DNA of 64,000 nucleotides, from contig JBKAGE010000045.1 of NCBI GenBank assembly GCA_046290225.1, positions 1 to 64,000 on the forward strand. Reading direction: 5' to 3'. Origin of the DNA: Bradymonadia bacterium. GTDB lineage: Bacteria; Myxococcota_A; Bradymonadia; UBA7976; UBA1532. The notes beneath the pieces were generated by a model that was not told where the DNA came from, ran no database searches, and saw only the letters and a program-made list of their open reading frames with translations. Shown in pieces: positions 1-8,281 of this stretch. Both the position numbers and the translations under genes were made by a program. Position 1 is the first letter of the stretch. Every line of letters starts with the position of its first letter.

Positions 1-1
1 C

Positions 2-478
2 TTGTCACAGCACGGCCACCGGGCTACGACGGCGACCGCTCAAACGAGACCCCTTTTCCAGGGCTCGTTTTTGTCTAACTTTGGGGATACAAGGCACTAT
101 GAGGTCGCTCACCACATTTGGGAGCAGCCCTACTTGAGGATGCCTGAGGGATGGACGCCGGCTGGATGTCTGGGCCTCGACGCCTTCATGGTCTGGGCCC
201 ACGAGACGTTCCCCGACACCGACGGCGCCAAGTGCGCCAAGCACCTTCGTCGTGAAACAGAAGAACTGGTCCAGGCAATCGAAGAGGGTACAGGCAACGC
301 CAAAGAGGAGGCGGTCGACTGCCTTTGCCTGTCCCTGCATACCGCTCAGCGGCTCTGTGGCCCAGACCTGCCCCGCCTCATCGCTGACAAGCTGCACACC
401 AACCGGCACCGGAAATGGGCAGAGCCTGATGCGGAAGGTGTGAGGGAGCACGTTCGAGATGAGGTGGAGAAGCCATGA
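2..478 (+). CDS. dATP/dGTP pyrophosphohydrolase (DUF550/MazG-like); start uncertain at window edge
   Basis: WAHETFP..KHLRRETEEL..EEAVDCL..KLHTNRHRKW..VREHVR matches the DUF550 pattern. Confidence 0.75.
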   Translation: MSQHGHRATTATAQTRPLFQGSFLSNFGDTRHYEVAHHIWEQPYLRMPEGWTPAGCLGLDAFMVWAHETFPDTDGAKCAKHLRRETEELVQAIEEGTGNAKEEAVDCLCLSLHTAQRLCGPDLPRLIADKLHTNRHRKWAEPDAEGVREHVRDEVEKP

Positions 479-828
479 GCTGGACCGCCACACACCTCGA
501 TACAGACACACCGCCCAAGCACCTCCCGGAAGCTGAAGGGCACGAAGGCCTGTGGCGGCTCGAATGGAGTGATGACGAGGGCAGACAGTGCATGACGATC
601 TTCCTCTGGCTCAAGGATGACCTGTGGCGCGCCAAGGCAGACCATAAACGTTCTGGCCTTGGGGATCCCCCGGTCAGCCCAGTGTCGCACACGCCCATCG
701 TCGCATGCGGTTGCGCCCTGATGGTTCTGAGTGCACGCCTCAAGGACAAGACTGCCCTCGTCGACGAGATCGACATGGCCCGCGAAGACCTGCGGAACGC
801 CCCCCTCCCCCGGAGGCCCTCAGCATGA
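475..828 (+). CDS. hypothetical phage protein
   Basis: ATGA overlap with both neighbours. Confidence 0.6.
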   Translation: MSWTATHLDTDTPPKHLPEAEGHEGLWRLEWSDDEGRQCMTIFLWLKDDLWRAKADHKRSGLGDPPVSPVSHTPIVACGCALMVLSARLKDKTALVDEIDMAREDLRNAPLPRRPSA

Positions 829-1052
829 GACTCAGCACCAGGTGCAAAGGCAAAGACAGCCTGGGCCGAAAGCTCATCAGCGCTGCAGCCTGCAAGGGCT
901 CTCGATCTGCCCATGCCGAGGTCGTGGACACAGACTTGGGCCAACGGTGGCTGCTCATCGTCGACGACAACCACCACGATGGCCTGTCTGAAACTCAGCA
1001 GGAAGCGATCGACTACATCAACGATCTCATGCGACAGACTGCGCTCACCTGA
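825..1052 (+). CDS. hypothetical phage protein (MRLSTRCKG...)
   Basis: ATGA overlap with upstream gene; stop overlaps the methylase start. Confidence 0.55.
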   Translation: MRLSTRCKGKDSLGRKLISAAACKGSRSAHAEVVDTDLGQRWLLIVDDNHHDGLSETQQEAIDYINDLMRQTALT

Positions 1053-1906
1053 TGCACACCTTCGCCGATCTGTGTTGCGGCTCCGCAGCAGTGGCGCGAC
1101 GCCTCCTCTCCCCATCACAACGCCCGCTGGTGCCCTACATGGGCAGCAAGCTCGGGTATGCCGAGTCCATCCTGGCTCTGCTCGATGTCCTCGGCCAGAG
1201 GCCAGAGCGCATCATCCTGGCGGACAGTGGGCCCTGGGGCCGCTTCTGGCATGCGGTGCACCACCAACACCTCGGCGAAGCCATCATTGATGAGCTGCGC
1301 TCAATGCGCGGCGCCGGCGCATCGCTGATGACATCCATCCATCAGGCGCCAGTACCTCAGTCACCTGCACGGCGATGGGCGTGTTTTTTGGCCCTACAGG
1401 CCGGCAGCGCCTTCGGGAAACCAGTGGGCATCGAAGGCGCCAGCTGGGTGGTGCATGGATACGCCCACCTGAGCGAAAGCGCTCGAGCCAAAGGCTTCAA
1501 GGAGCGGCTCAACCCACGCACCCTCGCAGATCGACTCGCACGTGCCCTCGCCGGGTGGCCTCCAACCGAGGTCTTCGTCGAGCCCGTTGAGTCGATGCCT
1601 TTGGGCTGGGCCGACGCAGACACGGTCGTCTACATCGATCCCCCGTACTCGAGCACCGAGGGCTACTCCACATCAGACCTGTCGAGCGCCGCGTTGAGAT
1701 CGGTGGCCAACACCCTGTTTCAAATTGGTGCATCGGTGGCAGTGAGCGAGCAGAGGCCCCTCCCCTGGCCTGGGTGGTACACCAGCGAGGTCACACGCTG
1801 TGGAATCTGGCAGCCAACCTCATTCCGTACAGCGCCCGTTGAGTGGCTGACGACCTCAGCGCCGCCGTCACTTGCAGGTGAGCAGCTGCCCCTCGCCCTC
1901 CCCTGA
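1052..1906 (+). CDS. DNA adenine methyltransferase (Dam/D12-like)
   Basis: FADLCCGSAAV (SAM-binding), PYMGSK and YIDPPY catalytic motif. Confidence 0.8.
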   Translation: MHTFADLCCGSAAVARRLLSPSQRPLVPYMGSKLGYAESILALLDVLGQRPERIILADSGPWGRFWHAVHHQHLGEAIIDELRSMRGAGASLMTSIHQAPVPQSPARRWACFLALQAGSAFGKPVGIEGASWVVHGYAHLSESARAKGFKERLNPRTLADRLARALAGWPPTEVFVEPVESMPLGWADADTVVYIDPPYSSTEGYSTSDLSSAALRSVANTLFQIGASVAVSEQRPLPWPGWYTSEVTRCGIWQPTSFRTAPVEWLTTSAPPSLAGEQLPLALP

Positions 1907-1911
1907 AGCTG

Positions 1912-1943
1912 TTTCGCCGAGGGCCTCAGCGCCGACCCATGCT
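1912..1943 (+). promoter_or_regulatory. shared late-promoter-like motif, copy 1
   Basis: TTTCGCC-N19-CATGCT, then AGGAG RBS and TTG start at 1975. Confidence 0.6.
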
Positions 1944-1974
1944 GCTCCTACCGGCCCACCCAGGAGCAGCAGCC

Positions 1975-2241
1975 TTGATCGACGCCCTACCCCACCCCGC
2001 ACCAGCGCTCGTGCGCACCGTCCGTACGGATCTACAAGATGCACATCTGATGAACGCCCTCATCGAAGCTCTCTATGATCTCGAAGAGGGTGTGTCCCAG
2101 AGCCAGGTGCTGCGACAGATCAACAGGGCCTTCCTGCAGTTGGGTGTCGTTGACTACCAGTTCGGCTCAGAGCGTTGGCGCGTCTTCCAAAGGCAGAACG
2201 GCAAGACCGTACAGATCATCGAGGGAGGGGGCGAGCCTTGA
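1975..2241 (+). CDS. hypothetical protein
   Basis: ORF 1939..2241; RBS favours TTG start at 1975. Confidence 0.55.
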   Translation: MIDALPHPAPALVRTVRTDLQDAHLMNALIEALYDLEEGVSQSQVLRQINRAFLQLGVVDYQFGSERWRVFQRQNGKTVQIIEGGGEP

Positions 2242-2858
2242 ATCCGCTGCTCCTCATCCTCTTCGCGCTCGCCTTCGTCCTCGTCGGGGCCCAGTTCGAG
2301 CGACGCATCTGGACATCGCACGGCCAGCAGCCAGGGCCGAAGGCACCCCTGCACCGCGGCAAGCGCCGGTGGGTGATCGTGCAGGACGAAGCTCAGCCGC
2401 CGCCTGCCCCTGGGCGCTGCTATGTGGCCCTGACCCTCTTCTCGGCCCTATGGCAATGGGGGCGCACCGATCTGATGGCATTGCTCTGGCGCAGGTTCAC
2501 CTTTGGGCTGGGCAAGTACGGCACTCTGGTGCAGACCCACAACGGCCGCGACGCCCTCGTCGACGCGCGGGATGAACTCGGGGATCTGCTCCAGTACGGT
2601 ACCCAGGCGATCCTCGAGGCCCACATCAACGGTGAGAGCGAGGGCAATGTGCCCCACGACGAGCAGTTCGACGACATCGACGTGCTTCTGGTGGAGGTCG
2701 AGGACGCCGTCAACGTGCTTCGTGCGATGCGCCGCACCCTCAGCGAAGAAGGCCTCAATGCTCTGCAGGTGCTGCCGCGCGACCTCACCGAACTGCTCGA
2801 TGTGCAGCAGGGCGCTCAGCCGTCGATGGAGGGGACCCCTGCGAACGGATCAGCGTGA
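2238..2858 (+). CDS. membrane-anchored phage protein with MazG-like NTP pyrophosphatase-type domain
   Basis: N-terminal hydrophobic helix; GLGKYGT..NGRDALVDARDELGDLLQY motif. Confidence 0.55.
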   Translation: MNPLLLILFALAFVLVGAQFERRIWTSHGQQPGPKAPLHRGKRRWVIVQDEAQPPPAPGRCYVALTLFSALWQWGRTDLMALLWRRFTFGLGKYGTLVQTHNGRDALVDARDELGDLLQYGTQAILEAHINGESEGNVPHDEQFDDIDVLLVEVEDAVNVLRAMRRTLSEEGLNALQVLPRDLTELLDVQQGAQPSMEGTPANGSA

Positions 2859-2905
2859 CGGCTCTGAACTAACGCCGTCGACGGGTTCTTATGTCGGCTC
2901 ATCTG
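2816..2905 (-). pseudogene. displaced 3' end of the tyrosine recombinase gene
   Basis: 2822-2905 matches 4056-4139 at 70/84 nt; translates QMSRHKNPSTALVQSRHADPFAGVPSIDG*. Confidence 0.85.
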
Positions 2906-3014
2906 ATTAACATTCTCTCGTCGTAGAAAACGGAGATTCCCCGAATTACCCCAGGGGTTTCCTGCTTCAACAAGCTGTACCTTGCTATGACGAAGCGTAG
3001 ATTGAGATTAGCAA

Positions 3015-4010
3015 CTAGACCTCTTCGATCCACTTCGGGTAATTGTGGAGCCATTCGTCTGCGAACTCAATTAGAGGTTCAACAGCGATAGTTAGATTCT
3101 TTAGATAAGACGCTGCCAAGCTCGGTGACTCCTTCGCATGCTCCACTGCTGAGTTGACTTCAAGCGAGACACCTGCCAGTTCATCAGGTACGCGGCCTGC
3201 CGCATAGCTAAGCTCATACATGTTATTGAAGTAAATGTTGAACTCATTGGTTTTTTCGGCAACTCCTGATTCACATGCTTTAATTTCTGAGCTGATTTCA
3301 TCCAGGGTTTTAATTGGATCACTCGTATTGGACCTTAGAAGGTCTTTTACGCGATCAAACCTCCTAATTTCTGAATGGAAGTCGAGTTTTCCGGCCAGTG
3401 CACTTCTTTTGGTGACAACTCTCTTCTTCACCGAAAGAAGCATCTTTCTCGTGAGATCTCTGACCAGCTCAGCGTAAGCAATTACATCTTCAAAGATGGA
3501 TATAGACTCTGATTCATAGCCACCTTCAGATTCACTATAGCATAGTCCGTCAAAGCTGAATTTTGATATCTTTACTCTTGAGACAAACCCCCACCTTTTG
3601 TTTCCTTTTCCTCCCTGCTTCACAGGATGGCCGAAATATCTGTTCCGGGCAATCCTAAGTCTTTTATAAGACTCATTGGATTCGAACTGCTTCATCTCTT
3701 CGTCACATAAAACAGACTTGCCCATGTAGGAAAAGGCATCCTGTTGGACAAAAATAACCTGCATTAGGCCATATATAGATAAATACGACTCACCGTTCCA
3801 ATTTGAGTTTGCATCAAACTCTACCTCGTTTACGTAGTAACCAATTGCTAGTGAGGTGTCTTCAACGACGTCTGCGGAGGCAATATAGTCAACCCATTGA
3901 TTTCTACTTGAGAAAGGTATTGGGTTGATTGAATTGTTATCAACAACAGCATCACGAAGTTCGGATAAGAGAGTTTCAATCTGTGAGAACAGTTCAGTAT
4001 ATTTCTTCAT
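3015..4010 (-). CDS. AT-rich cargo gene, putative HEPN-domain protein
   Basis: 331-aa ORF, visibly AT-richer than flanks; RNRYFGH (R-x5-H) motif. Confidence 0.55.
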   Translation of the reverse strand: MKKYTELFSQIETLLSELRDAVVDNNSINPIPFSSRNQWVDYIASADVVEDTSLAIGYYVNEVEFDANSNWNGESYLSIYGLMQVIFVQQDAFSYMGKSVLCDEEMKQFESNESYKRLRIARNRYFGHPVKQGGKGNKRWGFVSRVKISKFSFDGLCYSESEGGYESESISIFEDVIAYAELVRDLTRKMLLSVKKRVVTKRSALAGKLDFHSEIRRFDRVKDLLRSNTSDPIKTLDEISSEIKACESGVAEKTNEFNIYFNNMYELSYAAGRVPDELAGVSLEVNSAVEHAKESPSLAASYLKNLTIAVEPLIEFADEWLHNYPKWIEEV

Positions 4011-4052
4011 TAAAGCCCCGCGTGGATTTCATTCTTGATTGGCATTCAATTT

Positions 4053-5093
4053 CTAGTCGATGGAGGGGATCCCTGCAAATGGATCAGCGTGACGGCGGTA
4101 AATCAGCGCCGTAGAGGGATTCTTGTGGCGGCTCATCTGGATGATCTCCTCGAGCGATGCTCCATCCTCGAAGGCCTGCGTGATCCGCCCAGCCCGCATT
4201 GAGTGCGTCGTCCGAGGGCCCTGGCTCTCATCGAGCTGCGCGTCAGCGTAGTAGCGCTTGAGCAGCTCGTGCACCGCCTGGCGCGTCATCCCCCTCGGGA
4301 TGTGCCCGGGGCGGGGGGATCGCAGAGTGCCGTGGCGAGTCACACCGCGGACGATGGGCCCCGTGGTGATCTGCTGCTCGGCGAGGAAGTCCTCCCAGGC
4401 TTCGAGATGCGCCACAGCACACAGCGTCTGGTTCTTTGCCCGGGGGATGGCCACCTGCTGCCCCCTCCCCTCCTGGTCCCCCTTCGACACTCGGATCCTC
4501 AACACCACACCCCGTGGGTGCCAGACCCGATCCTCGAGCTGGAGCGCGATGAGATCGCTGGTGCGCAGGGCCCCGGCCCACATCAGGCTGAGGAGGCATC
4601 GATCACGAAGGGGCTTGGCGTCGATCGCCGACTTGGGCGCAGGCACACAGGCGAGCAGCGCGGCGAGGTCTTCGAGGACGTTTGCAGCGGCCCGTCGAGT
4701 GGCGCCCTGCCCGCGGCGCCCCGCCTCCCGGCGTATGCCCTTGAGCACCTGGGCCAGCTCGGCGCTCTCCGGTCGGGGCAGGCCCTCGCGAGCGTGGCGC
4801 TCTCGGATGGCGGCGAGGCGGTGCGTCAGCGTCGAGGGCTTGAGGCCCAGGTCGTCGGCGAGCTCGGTGAGGTACAGCAGCACGTGGTGGGGATCTGCAG
4901 GCAGCGACCTCACGTCATGGTCGACGGCCCAGTTCAACCACTGCTCCCAGGCGTAGTGGTAGCTCCCACGGGTGTTGGGGGCGGCGGCCCGGGCTCTGTA
5001 GGCTCGGGCGCGTTGCTCGGCCTGGGCCAGACCAGTGGTGGGAGTGTCCTTGCTCACGTGGGCGAGACTCCAACGTGAGCGAGATCTCGTCAA
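4053..5093 (-). CDS. Cre-like tyrosine recombinase
   Basis: SAM-like N-domain; RDRCLL..ALRTSDL, SKGDQEG, HSMRAG, RH..Y catalytic set. Confidence 0.9.
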   Translation of the reverse strand: MTRSRSRWSLAHVSKDTPTTGLAQAEQRARAYRARAAAPNTRGSYHYAWEQWLNWAVDHDVRSLPADPHHVLLYLTELADDLGLKPSTLTHRLAAIRERHAREGLPRPESAELAQVLKGIRREAGRRGQGATRRAAANVLEDLAALLACVPAPKSAIDAKPLRDRCLLSLMWAGALRTSDLIALQLEDRVWHPRGVVLRIRVSKGDQEGRGQQVAIPRAKNQTLCAVAHLEAWEDFLAEQQITTGPIVRGVTRHGTLRSPRPGHIPRGMTRQAVHELLKRYYADAQLDESQGPRTTHSMRAGRITQAFEDGASLEEIIQMSRHKNPSTALIYRRHADPFAGIPSID

Positions 5094-5113
5094 GGCACAC
5101 GTCGGCTCTGGCT

Positions 5114-5135
5114 TGACACAACAGACATTGTGTCA
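5114..5135. promoter_or_regulatory. perfect inverted repeat upstream of recombinase (operator or recombination core)
   Basis: TGACACAA-cagaca-TTGTGTCA. Confidence 0.45.
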
Positions 5136-5179
5136 CCTTGACCTCGGCAGGTATGCAGGGACGGATTTGCGCTCGATTG

Positions 5180-6205
5180 TTATGCAGGGATCCATACCGG
5201 AGTCATCAGCCACCTCCCGATGCTTAAGACGCCCGACGACAAGCCGACCCAGAGCAAGACGCTGGCGATGCGATGCATCTGGTAGAGGGGGTAGTACCCC
5301 TCCCAGAGGCGCTCTCCCTTCCATGCCGGGGTAACGTGTGACCGTTCTTCCTCGTCACGCATCGGGGCTAAGCGCCATGTCAAGAAGCCCCGTATTAGGT
5401 TGTAGAGAAGGACAAGAATCGCTGGCACCCATGTGGCCCAGTCCTTGTCGAAGCCGAGGAGCACATACCAGACTTGCTCTTCTCTACACTCGGCCTGAAG
5501 GCACTTGGTCTGACGCTCCTTTGGGAATACGGCCTTGGCTTTGAGCGTGGCTGGGCTATCCGATTGGAGCATCTGTTCTGAGAATTCCTGCCCCTTGTTG
5601 ACGCCCACCAACATTGCGGTGCGCAGTCCCAGCGGAATGATGAAAGCCAGAAGCAACAGCAAGTGAAACATCATCATCGGGCCGGTGTAATTGCGGCGTA
5701 TGATACTCCAGGGGTCTCTGGAATGTGGGTCAATTTTGGCGCTGCGGATGCAGGTACTGTCGAAAATGAAGCCACTGGCGCCACGTAGATCGGCGTCATT
5801 TAGATGAGCCTCTGCGAGATGCGCCCCATCCAGATGAGCATATTTGAGATGTGCCCCTTCCAGATGAGCCCCCTCAAGGCATGCCCCCTCTAGATGAGCC
5901 CACAAGAGGTTCGCTCCCTTCAGATGAGCCCACAAGAGGTCCGCTCCGTCCAGATGAGCCCCCTCTAGATTAGCCCCATCCAGATGAGCATATTTGAGAT
6001 GTGCCCCTTCCAGATGAGCCTCTTTGAGATGTGCCCCCTCCAGATGAGCCCCCTCTAGATGAGCCCCCTCCAGATGAGCTCCTGAGAGAACAGCTGCTAC
6101 AAGCAGAAACCTTCCCTCTTTATCCACCTCCACCGCCCGCCCCAAAATTTCCTCAAGCCGCTTCTTCGTCTCTTCCTTCGAGAGCTTCACCACTTCGTCT
6201 GCCAC
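5180..6205 (-). CDS. pentapeptide-repeat membrane protein
   Basis: about 20 (A-H/N-L-x-x) repeats followed by three hydrophobic helices. Confidence 0.85.
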   Translation of the reverse strand: MADEVVKLSKEETKKRLEEILGRAVEVDKEGRFLLVAAVLSGAHLEGAHLEGAHLEGAHLKEAHLEGAHLKYAHLDGANLEGAHLDGADLLWAHLKGANLLWAHLEGACLEGAHLEGAHLKYAHLDGAHLAEAHLNDADLRGASGFIFDSTCIRSAKIDPHSRDPWSIIRRNYTGPMMMFHLLLLLAFIIPLGLRTAMLVGVNKGQEFSEQMLQSDSPATLKAKAVFPKERQTKCLQAECREEQVWYVLLGFDKDWATWVPAILVLLYNLIRGFLTWRLAPMRDEEERSHVTPAWKGERLWEGYYPLYQMHRIASVLLWVGLSSGVLSIGRWLMTPVWIPA

Positions 6206-6269
6206 AGCCGCCTCCTTTCAGCGGCAGCCTCCATCATGACGTGCGCGGGTTCAAGGGGAGGCCTACTGC

Positions 6270-6535
6270 ATGAACCTGGTCCTCGAGAACGGCGCAGAGC
6301 CCTCTCTGGCACAGGCCGCTCGGGCCCTTTCTCACAGGGGCAGACATCAGTCATGCCAGCGGCATCCCGACATTTCGGGCTCAGAACCGGATGCGGTATG
6401 ACACAAGAGCGTGCTTAAGATGCGCACCCTCGACTTCTTCCATCGGCATCTGGTGAAGTAGTAGTACCTCAAGCGCCTCGACGGTGCGCACTATGCGAAT
6501 CCCAACCCCGCGCACCATGCCCTCGCCGAGTTGGG
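6270..6535 (+). pseudogene. degenerate Sir2/CobB NAD-dependent deacylase fragment
   Basis: across frameshifts and stops: LTGADISHASGIPTFR / GSEPDAV* / MRTLDFFHRH..** / ANPNPAHHALAEL. Confidence 0.75.
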
Positions 6536-7133
6536 GTGGGTGAGCAGCTCCTGGTACTTCGCCTCTTCCCGCAGCTCGTCGCTAGGTAGTTTGGTGCACC
6601 GCATCCGCGAGAGCGACCGCCGCATCTCAGCGAAGAAGCCGCTAAAGCCGCGCCGACCAGTGCGAGCCGCTACCGCGCTCTGCAGCACGTACCCTGAGGG
6701 AGTGCATCGCGAATGGCATGGACTTGTTCCTACTGACGCTGGACATCCAGGAGCTCCCGCTGCAAATGGAGGTTGAGTCTGTCGCCGTGGCTCCTTCACG
6801 GAGCGGTACTTGCGGAGCAGCATTGTGTACGCTGGACTGGCGCGAGCAGCGGGCGTTGTGGGCAGAGCTGAGCGCTTGATACAACCCGAAACAGACATGA
6901 TCCGCGAACGCTGCTGTGGCATGATATTAAGCGCATTTCTGTTCCACCCGAGAACGAGATACGAGCGGGTGTTTCGCCCGAGCCGCGAGTACTGAGATGG
7001 CCAAGGCCGAACAAGCTAAAGCGTTGACTCGTTGCCACTCAGAAGGCGTCGAGATGCGCTTCTACGCGATGATCATGGAGTTCGGATCTAGACGTGTCCA
7101 CGCGTGGCGTGGGCTATCGCATCAGGAGGTCTG

Positions 7134-8030
7134 ATGGACCGAGTCGCCCGCGCATTCTACGAGCTGAAGTTCCGCGATGCGTTTCATCGAAAGACTGGCA
7201 ATGCGTTCCAGGACTTCTTCGCAGACGTCATGGAGAAGGCTCATCCTGGCGACTTCAGGCGGGTCCGTCCGTGGGGGAATGTCGGCGACAAGAAGAACGA
7301 CGGCTACCTCAAGTCGACACGAACGCTCTTTCAGGTGTACGCGCCTAACGAGATGAGTGCAGCGACCGCGATCGCTAAGATCGACGAAGACTTCAATGGC
7401 GCCATCCCCCATTGGAAGGAGCATTTCGACAGCTGGATCTTCGTCCACAACTCCGTGAACGGCCTTGGCCCAGATGTCACCAAGAAGCTTTTGGAGTTAG
7501 ACGCCGCCCACGAAGTTTCAGTCGGTCACTGGGGCGAAGAGGAACTCCGGCAGAAGGCATTCGAACTCAGCGATGCTAACTTGGCTTCCCTGTTGGGGCC
7601 GGCCCCAACAATCCGTGATATGCTTGACCTCGGGTTGGAGGCGCTTGCGCCAGTGCTCGACCAAGTCTCTGCGATGCCGGCTCCAGAGAACCCTGATCTG
7701 CGGCCGCCGCCAGCGGACAAGATCTCCAGGAACATGCTGTCACAGCACGTGGAAACTCTCTTGAAGGCGGGGATGACCCGTGCAGATTTGGTCTGTAAGT
7801 ACTTCAGCGTTCAGCCAGCGAGCCAAGACGACATCGCGCAAAGCTTCCGTCGCCACTACGAGGAGCTCCGCGACGGAGGCATGAGCCCCGATAATATTTT
7901 CAGCGAGCTTCAGCAGTACGCAGGTGGTGGGGCTGTTCCGAGTCCGGCAAGACAGAGCGCGGTACTGGCCGTGCTCGCCTTCTTTTTTGAGGAGTGCGAC
8001 ATCTACGAGCGAGATGGAGGCGCGTCATGA
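7134..8030 (+). CDS. lmuA: ABC-3C/Lamassu effector (LmuA-like; nuclease-like N-domain plus CTD)
   Basis: AGGAGG RBS; GNAFQDFF..GDKKNDG..FQVYAP; C-terminal FFFEECDIYE; operon context. Confidence 0.75.
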   Translation: MDRVARAFYELKFRDAFHRKTGNAFQDFFADVMEKAHPGDFRRVRPWGNVGDKKNDGYLKSTRTLFQVYAPNEMSAATAIAKIDEDFNGAIPHWKEHFDSWIFVHNSVNGLGPDVTKKLLELDAAHEVSVGHWGEEELRQKAFELSDANLASLLGPAPTIRDMLDLGLEALAPVLDQVSAMPAPENPDLRPPPADKISRNMLSQHVETLLKAGMTRADLVCKYFSVQPASQDDIAQSFRRHYEELRDGGMSPDNIFSELQQYAGGGAVPSPARQSAVLAVLAFFFEECDIYERDGGAS

Positions 8031-8281
8031 TACTGCCGACCAAGGGCGTGGAGCCGCGCAAAGCTATGTTGTCCGTCGGTGCCGTCGTGTTGCGCCACCT
8101 GGATGAGCCCAAGACTGTGTCGCGTCTATGGAACGATGTTCGCTCCGGCACGGAGAACCCGCCTGGATTCACGTTCGACTGGTTCGTCCTGGCCCTCGAC
8201 CTTCTCTTCACAATGGGGGCCATTGACCAGTCGGGCGGTCAGATCAGGCGACGGAACGCTGAAGCTGGGGATCGATCATGA
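8027..8281 (+). CDS. lmuC: ABC-3C middle component (LmuC-like)
   Basis: MILPTK..FDWFVLALDLLF motif; ATGA overlaps on both sides. Confidence 0.75.
   Translation: MILPTKGVEPRKAMLSVGAVVLRHLDEPKTVSRLWNDVRSGTENPPGFTFDWFVLALDLLFTMGAIDQSGGQIRRRNAEAGDRS

Noticed and set aside
2..478. Z-genome (2-aminoadenine) pathway
   Set aside because: Only a DUF550-like gene is present; no purZ or datZ in the window.
5790..6085. 15-bp tandem repeats as a non-coding array
   Set aside because: Fully explained by pentapeptide-repeat coding on the minus strand.
6972..7003. TTTCGCC upstream of Lamassu as a late-promoter copy
   Set aside because: The downstream hexamer position reads TGGCCA, lacking both conserved bases.
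6540..7100. Several 60-140 aa ORFs between the Sir2 scar and Lamassu
   Set aside because: No motifs, RBS or consistent strand; probably decayed DNA.
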